A stretch of DNA of 64,000 nucleotides from Thermoproteota archaeon (GCA_029887765.1 JARXPF010000001.1:488-64487); one strand, 5' to 3'. Positions 1 to 9,721 are shown, numbered from the stretch's first letter. The notes: generated from the sequence alone by a model not told the origin. A program made the numbers and translations.

Positions 1-149
1 TCATAAAGAGAATTGAAAGGTGAACAGGTAGCTTTCTTCGTAACGACCTATAAAGTTCCAGAATCTCATAAAGAGAATTGAAAGATAATGGAAAAAAGCA
101 AAACATATATCTATTAATCATGTAAGAATTTCGTAAAGAGAATTTGAAG
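1..149 (+). CRISPR. Trailer end of a CRISPR array. It has about 2.8 repeats of a 24-nt repeat GAATCTCATAAAGAGAATTGAAAG (repeat at 1-19 is truncated by the window edge, full repeat at 61-84, degenerate terminal repeat at 126-149) and two 41-nt spacers (20-60, 85-125).
   Basis: Exact 24-nt repeat with a 65-nt period. The inner TCTC/GAGA palindrome and the 3' ATTGAAAG handle are typical of crenarchaeal type I-A/III repeats. The last repeat carries 4 mismatches, as expected for a trailer-end repeat. The array body and leader lie left of the window. Confidence 0.75.
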
Positions 150-173
150 AACATTATATGAAGGTGAAAATGA

Positions 174-665
174 ATGAACTTTAAAACAGAAGAAATTTCA
201 TTAATAGCAATATTTGCTACTCTTTATGCAGTAGCAGTTATTTCATTAGCACCAATAAGTTTTGGTATATGGCAAATTAGAATAGCTGATATGTTATTAC
301 CACTTTCAATAATTTTTGGAATGCCTTGTACCATAGGATTAAGCTTAGGTTGTTTAATAGCAAATATTTATGGTGGATTAGGAATAATAGATATTCTTGG
401 TGGTACAATTGCAAATTTCTTAGCTTGTCATATAGCATATAAAATAGGAAAAAGAAATGGTATTGTTATAAGATTTCTCAGTACTATTACTCAAACATTT
501 ATTATTACTATTATTGTTGGTGTATATTTGTCATTTTTATTTAATGTACCAATAATTTTTAGTATAATAGGAGTTCTTGTAGGTTCAATTATCTCTATAA
601 ATATATTTGGTTTTATTCTTGAAGAAACTATAAGAAAAATGCCATTAAAAATATTAAGAAAATAA
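174..665 (+). CDS. Multi-pass membrane protein, QueT-like (queuosine-precursor transporter / ECF S-component-like family).
   Basis: 163 aa and hydrophobic. The motif run LYAV..ISLAPISFG.WQIRIAD.L.PL..IFG...IGL.LG..IANI resembles QueT-family proteins. Confidence 0.5.
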   Translation: MNFKTEEISLIAIFATLYAVAVISLAPISFGIWQIRIADMLLPLSIIFGMPCTIGLSLGCLIANIYGGLGIIDILGGTIANFLACHIAYKIGKRNGIVIRFLSTITQTFIITIIVGVYLSFLFNVPIIFSIIGVLVGSIISINIFGFILEETIRKMPLKILRK

Positions 666-731
666 AATAAAAATTTATCAAAAACTTTAATATTATACTT
701 TATTTAAAATATTTTGTTTAAAACTTTTAGA

Positions 732-2465
732 TTATTTCTTTAAAACAATTATTGATTCATACTTAATTGATCCTGTACTTGTTTTTTCCAATGGTCTTTT
801 TAAATATAAATCTAATGAAAATCCTATTTTTTCACCCATTTCTATTAAAATTTCATCATTTTTTACTTCAATTATTTCTTCATTTATTTTATAATTATTA
901 TTTCCTATAATTATAGCACATTTTCCATTTTTTTTCAATACTCTATACATTTCATTAAGAACTATTTTCATATCCATATGAAATTTATATGTTCTTAAAG
1001 CAGCATTTTTTCTATGATTAATAAGTTTAGAAATTGTTTCTTTTAAAATTGGAGAACATTCATTAAGATTTATTTCATTTATTTCATAAAATCTTGTATC
1101 TGGATGTCCTATCATTTTTCTTGCTAAATCATTTAATGAAGTTAATTCTAATAATATAAGTTGGAATTTATCATTTTCAATATAATTTATAGCTGTAGAA
1201 TAAGGAGGAGAAGTAACAATAGCATCTATTTCTTCATTATTTATTTGTTTCATATTTCTTGCATCAGTTAAAAAAGTTTTAGAAGATCCTAAATTAATTT
1301 TTAAAAATTCATTTAATTTTTTAAATGTATAAATTCTTAAAAGTATTTTTTTAAATCTTTCTTCAAGAATTTTATTAAAATCTATTTTTCTTCTTCTTAC
1401 AAGATCGCTAATAGATCCACTTAAAATTAAAGTAAAGAATTCTTTTATTTTTTCATTATTAATTTCATTTATTAATTTTTTAGCTAATATTATTTTTTTA
1501 ATATTATCTTCATTAATAGATTTTCTTATGAAAATTGGCAATGATTTAATTTCTATAGACTCAATACTTAATTTTTTATATTTATTAAGAAAATTATTAA
1601 CTTCATTTTTTAATTTTTCATAATCAAAAGATAATATAAAACATTTAACATTTGACATTAATACTGATAATGGATTAATTTCTATACCAATATTATTAAT
1701 TTCCATTAAAGAAGCTTCTAATAAAAGTGTTCCAGATCCTGCAAAATTGTCTAAAACTATGCCATTATTATGAGGATGAACATAATTTAAAAGAGCTCTA
1801 CACATTTTTGCATGAAATTTTCCTTTATATGGATGAATATAATGAGTGAGATAAAGAGATTCTTCTTCTCTTATAGCAAAATAATCTTGTAATCTTTTTC
1901 CAATTTTCATAGTAGTAGAAGAAGGAATTCTATAAATTTCTTTTATTGGAAAATTCATTAAAATTTCTATATTTTTATCAATTTCTTCTTCATTTCTACT
2001 TAATTTATTTATATATTCAGATTTTTCAAGAAAATATTGATGAGTTATGAATCTAAAAAGTATAAAATCATTTTTAATCCAAAATTGAGTATTTTTATCA
2101 ATAATTCCATTAGGAAAGATTTTCATTAATAATAAATTTGGATTTTCTTTAGACTTTATTATTAAGAAAATTTCTCTAGTATATGCAAGTCTTTTTATTA
2201 ATAATGAAATATCTTGAATAATATTTCTATAGCAATAAAATCCATGAAATTTTCCATAAGGAAGTTCATATGTAAAAATATCTTGAATTCTTAAATTATT
2301 ATTTAAGAAAAAAGAGAATGGCTCTTTTATTAAAATATCAATTACATTTCTTACTTTTTCAATATTACCAAATAAAGATTTTAATTCAAGTTCAGCTAAT
2401 TCAACTTCATGTTCTTCTTTTATATTATTAAATAATTTAAAGAAATAATGTAATTCCATTGTCAT
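732..2465 (-). CDS. SAM-dependent methyltransferase of the UPF0020/RlmL-Trm14 N2-guanine RNA methylase type (a DNA amino-methyltransferase is not excluded), with an unusually long insertion between motifs I and IV.
   Basis: 577 aa. Motif I is DNFAGSGTLLLEAS, followed by motif IV IVTSPPYS about 190 aa downstream. The N-terminal ~230 aa is an extra domain of unknown type. Confidence 0.5.
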   Translation of the reverse strand: MTMELHYFFKLFNNIKEEHEVELAELELKSLFGNIEKVRNVIDILIKEPFSFFLNNNLRIQDIFTYELPYGKFHGFYCYRNIIQDISLLIKRLAYTREIFLIIKSKENPNLLLMKIFPNGIIDKNTQFWIKNDFILFRFITHQYFLEKSEYINKLSRNEEEIDKNIEILMNFPIKEIYRIPSSTTMKIGKRLQDYFAIREEESLYLTHYIHPYKGKFHAKMCRALLNYVHPHNNGIVLDNFAGSGTLLLEASLMEINNIGIEINPLSVLMSNVKCFILSFDYEKLKNEVNNFLNKYKKLSIESIEIKSLPIFIRKSINEDNIKKIILAKKLINEINNEKIKEFFTLILSGSISDLVRRRKIDFNKILEERFKKILLRIYTFKKLNEFLKINLGSSKTFLTDARNMKQINNEEIDAIVTSPPYSTAINYIENDKFQLILLELTSLNDLARKMIGHPDTRFYEINEINLNECSPILKETISKLINHRKNAALRTYKFHMDMKIVLNEMYRVLKKNGKCAIIIGNNNYKINEEIIEVKNDEILIEMGEKIGFSLDLYLKRPLEKTSTGSIKYESIIVLKK

Positions 2466-2548
2466 TTTATATGTTTATTTCTTTTTTATATTTTACTTTA
2501 TTATTTATTTAGTAAAAAATAAATTTTAGTATAAATTCTAAAGACTTT

Positions 2549-3409
2549 ATGAAATTTGCTACATGTGAATATAAAGGTAAGACATTTCCATGTGTAATAA
2601 AAAATAATATAGCAATAAAAATTTCATATATTTTAAATATTGAAATGAAAGATTTATTACCATTTATAGAAATAGCTAATGAAGAAATATTGAAAAAAAT
2701 TGAGAATGAAATTAATAATAAAGAAATAGATAATGAAAATATATTTAAAATAAGTGATTTAAAATTAAGAGCACCAATATTACGTCCTCCTGCAATATTT
2801 TGTTTAGGATTTAATTATAGAGCACATGCTCCTGAATTAAAAAGACCAATACCAGAAGAGCCAATTGTATTTATGAAGCCTTCTATAAGTGTAATTGGTC
2901 CTGATGATTATATTATTTTACCAAAAATATCAAAAAGAGTAGATTATGAAGTTGAATTAGCTATTATTATTGGAAAAAAAGGAAGATATATAAAGAAAGA
3001 AGATGCTTATGATTATATTTTTGGATATACAATTTTAAATGATATAACTGCTAGAGATATACAAGAAAAAGATTTTTCACTTTCAAGACCATGGTTAAGA
3101 TCAAAGGGGTTTGATACTTTTGCTCCTATTGGTCCATATATTGTAACAAAAGATGAAATAGGTCGTAATGTTGAATTAGATTTAGAATTAAGAGTAAATG
3201 GTGAAATAAGACAAAAATCAAATACAAAAGAAATGATTTTTGATGTTTATACAATTATAGAATATATATCTTCTTTTACAACTTTAGAACCTGGAACAAT
3301 AATAGCAACTGGAACACCAGAGAAAATTGGACAATTAAAAGATGGAGATATTGTAGAAGCATATATAGAAAAAATAGGAATATTAAGAAATAAAGTGATT
3401 AAAGAATGA
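2549..3409 (+). CDS. Fumarylacetoacetate hydrolase (FAH) family protein (2-keto-4-pentenoate hydratase / HpcE-like).
   Basis: 286 aa. FAH-fold motifs are present: GFNYRAHAPE, VDYEVELAIIIGK, GYTILNDITARD, GFDTFAPIGP. Confidence 0.85.
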   Translation: MKFATCEYKGKTFPCVIKNNIAIKISYILNIEMKDLLPFIEIANEEILKKIENEINNKEIDNENIFKISDLKLRAPILRPPAIFCLGFNYRAHAPELKRPIPEEPIVFMKPSISVIGPDDYIILPKISKRVDYEVELAIIIGKKGRYIKKEDAYDYIFGYTILNDITARDIQEKDFSLSRPWLRSKGFDTFAPIGPYIVTKDEIGRNVELDLELRVNGEIRQKSNTKEMIFDVYTIIEYISSFTTLEPGTIIATGTPEKIGQLKDGDIVEAYIEKIGILRNKVIKE

Positions 3410-4074
3410 AAATAAGAGAAATTGGAATTATAGCAATGTTTTCATCTATTTATGCTATTATAAGTTTATTACCAGGATTTCAAGTTATTGGATTACCAGG
3501 ATTAGATATAAAAATTACAAGATCTTTAGAATCAATTTATGGAATTATTTTAGGACCATTTTTAGGACCATTATCAGCTTTTATTGGAGCAATTATAGGA
3601 AGAATTATAATAGGTGGAGGAATAGGAATATTATTTACTCCATTAGCATTTATTTCATCTTTTATTACAGGATATATTACATGGAAAAAAAATTGGAAAA
3701 TTCCAACAATTATATTTTTAATAATAATAATTTTATGGTATATAATTATTGGAATTCAAATACCATATTATGCAATTCCTCATATTATAGGATTAATTAT
3801 TTTACCATTATTTAATAATAAAATTTATAATTTTTTAATTTCTAATAAGAAAAGAGAAATATTTATTGGATTAATATTAATATCATATTCTTCAACTATG
3901 GCAGGTCATATGTTAGGGAATATAATATTTACAATTCTTATAAATCCATCACCAATGCTTTTTCTTACAACACTTCCTCTTACAATTATTGAAAGAATAA
4001 TAATAACATTATTTTCTGCAATTTTAGGCACTCCAATAGTAATTATAATTAAGAAATTTTTTCCAATTCATTAA
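3406..4074 (+). CDS. Polytopic membrane protein of unknown function (ECF-transporter S-component-like).
   Basis: 222 aa with about 6 predicted TM helices. Its start overlaps the FAH gene stop by 4 nt. Confidence 0.4.
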   Translation: MKIREIGIIAMFSSIYAIISLLPGFQVIGLPGLDIKITRSLESIYGIILGPFLGPLSAFIGAIIGRIIIGGGIGILFTPLAFISSFITGYITWKKNWKIPTIIFLIIIILWYIIIGIQIPYYAIPHIIGLIILPLFNNKIYNFLISNKKREIFIGLILISYSSTMAGHMLGNIIFTILINPSPMLFLTTLPLTIIERIIITLFSAILGTPIVIIIKKFFPIH

Positions 4075-4597
4075 TAATTTCATTTAAAGAAGTAATTTTT
4101 GCATTATAAACAAATTCTAAATATTTTAATCCTTGTTCATGATCTTCTTGTGTAAATGCTTCTACACAATCTTTTACAATAATTATTTTATAACCTCTAA
4201 AAAATGCATCTGCTGCTGTATGTTTTATACAAATATTTGTATGAATTCCTGTTAAAATTAAAGTATTAATTTTTAAACTTTTTAATAAAGGTTCTAATCC
4301 TGTTTCATAAAAACTACTATATGTATGTTTTTCTATAATAAAGTCTTTTTCACTTGGTTTTAATTCAGGAATAATTTCAGCTCCTTTAGTACCTTTTAAT
4401 GCATGTGGACCCCATTTATTAATAATTTCAAAATCTATTTCATAATGAGCATCATTACAATAAATAATTGGAATATTTTTCTTTCTTGCTAATTCTAATA
4501 ATTTTTGAATATTAGGAATAATTTTATTAGCTCTTTCACATTTTAAACTTCCTTTAATAAAATCATTTAACATATCAATTACAAGTATAGCATACAT
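4049..4597 (-). CDS. Isochorismatase-family cysteine hydrolase (nicotinamidase/pyrazinamidase-like).
   Basis: 182 aa with the typical D...K...C triad context: LVIDMLNDF, IIYCNDAH, LTGIHTNICIKHTAADAFFRGY. Confidence 0.8.
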   Translation of the reverse strand: MYAILVIDMLNDFIKGSLKCERANKIIPNIQKLLELARKKNIPIIYCNDAHYEIDFEIINKWGPHALKGTKGAEIIPELKPSEKDFIIEKHTYSSFYETGLEPLLKSLKINTLILTGIHTNICIKHTAADAFFRGYKIIIVKDCVEAFTQEDHEQGLKYLEFVYNAKITSLNEIINELEKIS

Positions 4598-4689
4598 AAA
4601 GTATTATTAAATAATTCAATATTAAAAATTTTCACATAAAAAAATTTTTCACATAAATTTAAATATTAATATTATAAAAATAAAAAGAT

Positions 4690-5439
4690 ATGAAAAAGCA
4701 AGTAGCTACTTCTTTTTCTGTAATATTTTTAATATTATTTTATGCTTTTCAAAATTATTATCCTCATATTATGTATTTATTTTCTAATATTTTTCCAATA
4801 TTTATTAGTGGAGTAGCATTATTTTCTGCATTTTTAGCATTAAAAAAATATTATGGTAAATTTGGTTCAAGATTTTCTATTATATGGATTGGAATATTCA
4901 TTGGATTAATATTTTGGTTTTTAGGAGAATTTACATGGGGGATATGTGCACTATTTTCAAGTAGTGAAATTCCATATCCATCTATTGCAGATGTTTTTTG
5001 GATTATTGGATATATACCAATATTATTTGGACTATTATTATATACTGAAACTTTTAGAAAAATAATTCCAAATATTCGTATAATTGGAATTACAGTTTTA
5101 ACAATGGTATTTATAATTTCAATAATTTCTATATTTATGCCAATTATTATTTTTGAAGAAAATTTAATAAAATTAATATTTGATTTAGCATATCCTATTT
5201 TAGATATGTTATTAATATATGCTGCTTTATTAGGAATAGCCATATTTTTTAAAGGTAAAATATGGAAAATTTGGATTATGTTATGTTTAGGATTTATATG
5301 TTATGGAATAGCTGATATATTATTTAGTTATACTACAATAATTGGAATTTATTATTATGGAAATCCTCTTGAAATATTATTTCATTTAGGATATATATTA
5401 TTAGCATTAGCATTTCATGAACATATAAAAGAATTTTGA
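4690..5439 (+). CDS. Hypothetical integral membrane protein.
   Basis: 249 aa, highly hydrophobic throughout, with no recognisable catalytic motif. Confidence 0.4.
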   Translation: MKKQVATSFSVIFLILFYAFQNYYPHIMYLFSNIFPIFISGVALFSAFLALKKYYGKFGSRFSIIWIGIFIGLIFWFLGEFTWGICALFSSSEIPYPSIADVFWIIGYIPILFGLLLYTETFRKIIPNIRIIGITVLTMVFIISIISIFMPIIIFEENLIKLIFDLAYPILDMLLIYAALLGIAIFFKGKIWKIWIMLCLGFICYGIADILFSYTTIIGIYYYGNPLEILFHLGYILLALAFHEHIKEF

Positions 5440-5448
5440 GGTGATTAA

Positions 5449-5862
5449 ATGAAAATATTTTTTAAAGAATTATTATTAAATACAAAAAAGAGAAGAGAAA
5501 TAATTGATATAACTAAAGAAGTTGAAAAAATAGTAAATGATAGTGAAATTGAAAATGGTATGTGTATTGTATATTCAATGCATTCAACAACAGCTATAAT
5601 AATAAATGAAAAAGAAGAAGGGCTTATGGAAGATATTATAAATAAAATAAATGAAGATTATCCAAGAAATGGAAAATGGTTTCATAATAGAATTGATGAT
5701 AATGCAGATGCACATTTAGCAGGAGCATTTATAGGACCTTCAATAACAATTCCAATAAGAGAAAGAAGGCTATGTTTAGGTACTTGGCAAAATTTATTCT
5801 TTTTAGAACTTGATGGACCAAGAATTGGAAGAAAAGTCATTATTGAAGTTTTAGGTTTATAA
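5449..5862 (+). CDS. YjbQ/UPF0047 family protein (secondary thiamine-phosphate synthase-like).
   Basis: 137 aa. The signature run CIVYSMHSTTAIIINE...DADAHLAG...GTWQNLFFLELDGPR matches the UPF0047 family. Confidence 0.8.
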   Translation: MKIFFKELLLNTKKRREIIDITKEVEKIVNDSEIENGMCIVYSMHSTTAIIINEKEEGLMEDIINKINEDYPRNGKWFHNRIDDNADAHLAGAFIGPSITIPIRERRLCLGTWQNLFFLELDGPRIGRKVIIEVLGL

Positions 5863-6613
5863 TTTTCATAAATTTAATTGCATCTTCAATCATTTTTATA
5901 TTATTAAACATTACATAAAATATTTCAGCATTAATTTTCATTATAATATTATAAAGTTTATTTAAATCTTCATTAGTATAAACATAGCGATAATTAGTTT
6001 CTTTTCCACCTATTCCATGAAGTCTAAAATATATAATATTTGATTCTATAGAAGGAAGTCTTCTAAAAGGATCTACTACATGAATTAAATTAAGTTCTTT
6101 ACAAATATTTGCTATAATATCACTATTCCAATCTCCTCTTGGTTCCCATCCTAGTATTAAATCTTCTCTATTTATAGAAGAAAGGAATTTCTTCATATTT
6201 TCTATATTATCTTTAGAAGGATTAAAACTAGGAGGGGTTTGAATTATTATTATTTTTGATTTAAGTATTTTACAAATTTTAATTATTTCTTCCCATGCTT
6301 TAAAATTCTCTTCAGTAGGTTTTAAATAACCAAAATTTTCAATTTTTCCCCATTTAGGTGGAGTAGATTTTTTCCAAGTTGGACTATTATATGGATGAGT
6401 TATTACTTGCCATGCTTTTATTATAAATTCAAAATTTTTTGGACTTTCTAATCTATATTTTTCTAATGTTTCAATTTTTGGTAATTTATAAAAAGTTTCT
6501 TGAAGTTCAATACAAGAAAATGTTTCATAATATTTAGATTTTTTACCTCCCCATCCACATGTTCCTATTTTTATTTCTTTTTGAAATTCTTTATTTATTT
6601 GGAAAACCCCCAT
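5840..6613 (-). CDS. DUF72 (YecE-like) family protein.
   Basis: 257 aa. The N-terminal IKIGTCGW...YYE.FS.IELQETFYKLP matches the DUF72 pattern. Confidence 0.65.
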   Translation of the reverse strand: MGVFQINKEFQKEIKIGTCGWGGKKSKYYETFSCIELQETFYKLPKIETLEKYRLESPKNFEFIIKAWQVITHPYNSPTWKKSTPPKWGKIENFGYLKPTEENFKAWEEIIKICKILKSKIIIIQTPPSFNPSKDNIENMKKFLSSINREDLILGWEPRGDWNSDIIANICKELNLIHVVDPFRRLPSIESNIIYFRLHGIGGKETNYRYVYTNEDLNKLYNIIMKINAEIFYVMFNNIKMIEDAIKFMKIINLKLQ

Positions 6614-8102
6614 ATTTTTCTCTTAATACTCTTCTAAGTATTTTCCATGCATTCATTTTTGGAAGTTCATTTAAAAATATTATGTATTTTGGAATTTTAT
6701 AATTTGCAATTTTATCTTTACAAAATTCAATTATTTCTTCTGAAGTAGCATTTTCACCTGATTTTAAAACTATAGCAGCAGCTGGAACTTCTCCTCTTCT
6801 TTCATCATATTTACTAAATACAGCAACTTCAGCAACTTTAGGATGTTTAAGAATTACTTCTTCTACTTCATTTGGATATATTTTCCAACCAGACATTATT
6901 ATAACATCTTTTTTTCTTGTAGTTATATAAAGCACTCCATCTTCATCAATATATCCTAAATCTCCTGTTAAAAACCAACCATCTTCAAGAAAAGATTTTT
7001 TTGTTTCTTCTGGATTCATCCAATATCCTTTTGCAACACCTGGTCCTCTTATAGCAATTTCACCTATTTCACCAATAGGAAGTTTTATTTTTGGATTATT
7101 TGGATCAACAATTTTTATTTCAGTATAACCTATTGGAAGTCCTACACTTTTAAAATTCTTAGATAAATATTGATATCTATATGGAACTGCAGTTCCAGAA
7201 CCTAAAACTAATGTTTCAGAAAGTCCATAAGCATTAACAACTTTAATATTAGGAAATCTTTTTGAAAAATCTCTCCATATTTTTTCAGGTGTAGTAGCCC
7301 CTCCAGTTATTATACATCTTACACTATTTAAATAATCTTCAATATTTAATGGAGAATATGCTAATTCATAAAGTACAGGGGGCATTCCTGAAATTATTGT
7401 TGCTTTATATTCTTTAATTAATTTTAAAAAATCTTTTAAATTATAACGTTCCATGATAATAAAAGTTGCACCATATCTAATTGCAGTAATACCCCAACTT
7501 ACACCAACATGAAAATGAGGATAGAATCCTAAATATATATCATTTTCATTAAGTTCTAAAGCCCATTTTTCAGCTTCTACAGCAGCCATCCAATTTCCAT
7601 GAGTTAGAATTGCTCCTTTAGGTTTTCCAGTAGTACCTGAAGTAAATTGAATTTGACATATTTCATCAATAGAAACATTTTCTGGAGAAAAATCAATTTT
7701 TTCATTTAAATTTTTTATATCTAATGGAATTTTAATAATATCATTTTTAATAATATCATTAAAATTATTTAATAAATCTTCACTTGTAATAATTGCTTTT
7801 GGTTTAGAAATATCTATTATATTAGAAATTTCAAGAATTTTATAATCTGGATTTATTGGTATAGCTATAGCACCTATTCTCCAAATAGCAAAATATGAAA
7901 TTATAGTCTCTGGCTTACTTCCTGTAGCTATTATTATTCTATCTCCTTTTTCAATTCCAATTTTTTTTAAATTATAAGAAAGAGAATTTACTTTATTTAA
8001 TAATGATTTATAATCAATGCAATAATTATTCTTAGAATCAATAATAGCTATTTTTTCACCATAATAAGAAGCATTTACTTCTAAAAAAGAAGTGAAGTTC
8101 AT
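6591..8102 (-). CDS. AMP-dependent acyl-CoA synthetase/ligase (medium/long-chain fatty-acid-CoA ligase family).
   Basis: 503 aa. AMP-binding motifs are present: FTSGTTGKPKGA, YGLSET, TGDLGY.DEDG.LYITTRKKD.I..GWKIYP.EVE. Confidence 0.9.
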   Translation of the reverse strand: MNFTSFLEVNASYYGEKIAIIDSKNNYCIDYKSLLNKVNSLSYNLKKIGIEKGDRIIIATGSKPETIISYFAIWRIGAIAIPINPDYKILEISNIIDISKPKAIITSEDLLNNFNDIIKNDIIKIPLDIKNLNEKIDFSPENVSIDEICQIQFTSGTTGKPKGAILTHGNWMAAVEAEKWALELNENDIYLGFYPHFHVGVSWGITAIRYGATFIIMERYNLKDFLKLIKEYKATIISGMPPVLYELAYSPLNIEDYLNSVRCIITGGATTPEKIWRDFSKRFPNIKVVNAYGLSETLVLGSGTAVPYRYQYLSKNFKSVGLPIGYTEIKIVDPNNPKIKLPIGEIGEIAIRGPGVAKGYWMNPEETKKSFLEDGWFLTGDLGYIDEDGVLYITTRKKDVIIMSGWKIYPNEVEEVILKHPKVAEVAVFSKYDERRGEVPAAAIVLKSGENATSEEIIEFCKDKIANYKIPKYIIFLNELPKMNAWKILRRVLREKYGGFPNK

Positions 8103-8106
8103 TATA

Positions 8107-9633
8107 TCACCCTAGTCTTTTTAATACTTCAATAGAAGGTTTTTTTGTAAATAAACTTACTATAAAGAATATAGGAATAGAAATTGCTAAAGCAGGTATT
8201 ACTGGATATATCCATGCTATTATAGGAGGAGCCCATGTTGATTTATATATAAATAAGAACCAAGTTAAGCCTACAATTAAGCCAGATAGCATTGATGAAA
8301 TTGCACCTAATTTTGTAGCACCTTTCCAATATAATCCTATAGTAACTGGTCCAAGAAAACAAGCAAATATAGTTCCAAAAGCAGCACCTACAATTTCTAC
8401 TATAATTCCTGTTTGAATTAAAGTTAATAATAATGATATTATTGCAAAAATTATTGGAGAAATTCTAGCAATTATTAATAATTTTTCTTCTTTTATATTT
8501 GGATTAATGGATTTTATAATATCTTTTGATAATGCAGCAGAAAGTACAATTAATGTTACTGCTAATGTTGACATAGAAGCAGCTACAGGTGCAGCTAAAA
8601 TAATTCCTTTAATACCTGATGGAGCAATTATTTCTATAGTTTTAGGAATTACCCAATCTGTATCTTTTAATAAAGAAAGAACACCAGTTTTCCCTATTTT
8701 ATCATCAATTATTAAATGACAAAAAGCACCTAAAGAAAACATTAAAAATGCATATAAAGCTACAAGTATTGGTCCAATTATTCTTCCTCTATTTATTACT
8801 TTTATATTTTTAGCAGTATAAAATTGCATTAATAAACTTGGAAGAGCAATTTGAGCTACACTTATGGAAAAAGTAACACTCATTATTAATAATGGAACCA
8901 TTCCAACATTCATTGCTGGTGGTGGTCCCATTCCATTAAATTTAAGCCAAAGTTCTCCAGAAATAGAATCTGCAATTTTCATTTGACTTAATTTTTCTAA
9001 ACCAATTATTGGTCCACCTACATTACTCATTATTAATCCAAATGTTATAATTGCTGAAATTAACATTAATAATCCAAGAAATAAATTTGTTAAAGCTGCA
9101 GCTCTAAAACCTCCAATACAAATGTAAATAATTACTGGAATTGTTAATAAAATTAATCCAATTTCGAAATTTGTATTTAATACCATGGCTAATATAATTG
9201 CCCCTCCTTTATAAACACTTGTTAAATATAATGTGAATAAAAATATTATTACAATTGCAGATACAATTTTTGCAAATTTACTTTCATATCTATTTTCAAT
9301 AAAATCAGGTATACTCATTATTCCAGTTTTTGAAGCATAATTAAAGAGTCTTCTACTTACTAAAATCCACATTAAAACTACACCAATTATATGCCATGCT
9401 GTAAGCCATGCTCCAAATCCTAAATTATAAAGATAAGTTGCTCCCCCTCCACCTAAAAAAGAAGCAGCACTAAAATAAGTAGCCATAAGAGAAAAAGCTA
9501 AAACCCAAGGTCCAAGTCCTTTATCTGCTAAGAAAAATCCACTTAAGGATTCTTTCATTTTATAACCTTTTAATCCTATTATAATTACAATAATAATTAT
9601 TGCTAAAATTATCAATACATCCATATTATTCAC
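8107..9633 (-). CDS. Sodium:solute symporter (SSS) family transporter. Its start is GTG at 9633 or ATG at 9624.
   Basis: 508 aa with about 13 TM helices. N-terminal SSS signatures (SLSGFFLADKGLGPW, MATYFSAASFLG) are present. It lies immediately upstream of the CoA ligase in the same orientation. Confidence 0.85.
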   Translation of the reverse strand: MNNMDVLIILAIIIIVIIIGLKGYKMKESLSGFFLADKGLGPWVLAFSLMATYFSAASFLGGGGATYLYNLGFGAWLTAWHIIGVVLMWILVSRRLFNYASKTGIMSIPDFIENRYESKFAKIVSAIVIIFLFTLYLTSVYKGGAIILAMVLNTNFEIGLILLTIPVIIYICIGGFRAAALTNLFLGLLMLISAIITFGLIMSNVGGPIIGLEKLSQMKIADSISGELWLKFNGMGPPPAMNVGMVPLLIMSVTFSISVAQIALPSLLMQFYTAKNIKVINRGRIIGPILVALYAFLMFSLGAFCHLIIDDKIGKTGVLSLLKDTDWVIPKTIEIIAPSGIKGIILAAPVAASMSTLAVTLIVLSAALSKDIIKSINPNIKEEKLLIIARISPIIFAIISLLLTLIQTGIIVEIVGAAFGTIFACFLGPVTIGLYWKGATKLGAISSMLSGLIVGLTWFLFIYKSTWAPPIIAWIYPVIPALAISIPIFFIVSLFTKKPSIEVLKRLG

Positions 9634-9721
9634 CTCTTAATTCTTTATAAATACCATAAGTAATTCCAATAATAAGAGTAATAATTCCAATTACATAACC
9701 ACTTATTATTAAAGCATCCAT
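9626..9721 (-). CDS. Small 31-aa single-TM peptide (MDALIISGYVIGIITLIIGITYGIYKELRGE) translationally coupled to the SSS transporter. It is a putative SSS small subunit and is too short for the ORF track.
   Basis: ATG at 9721 to TAA at 9626-9628, overlapping or abutting the SSS start. The same small-ORF + SSS arrangement recurs at 45514-45699 and 48702-48869. Confidence 0.45.
   Translation of the reverse strand: MDALIISGYVIGIITLIIGITYGIYKELRGE

Noticed and set aside
8507-8719. 70-aa plus-strand ORF inside the SSS transporter gene. Similar cases at 4851-5243, 25111-25293, 47278-48582 and 63494-63960.
   Set aside because: All are embedded antisense or out of frame in long conserved genes and lack motifs.
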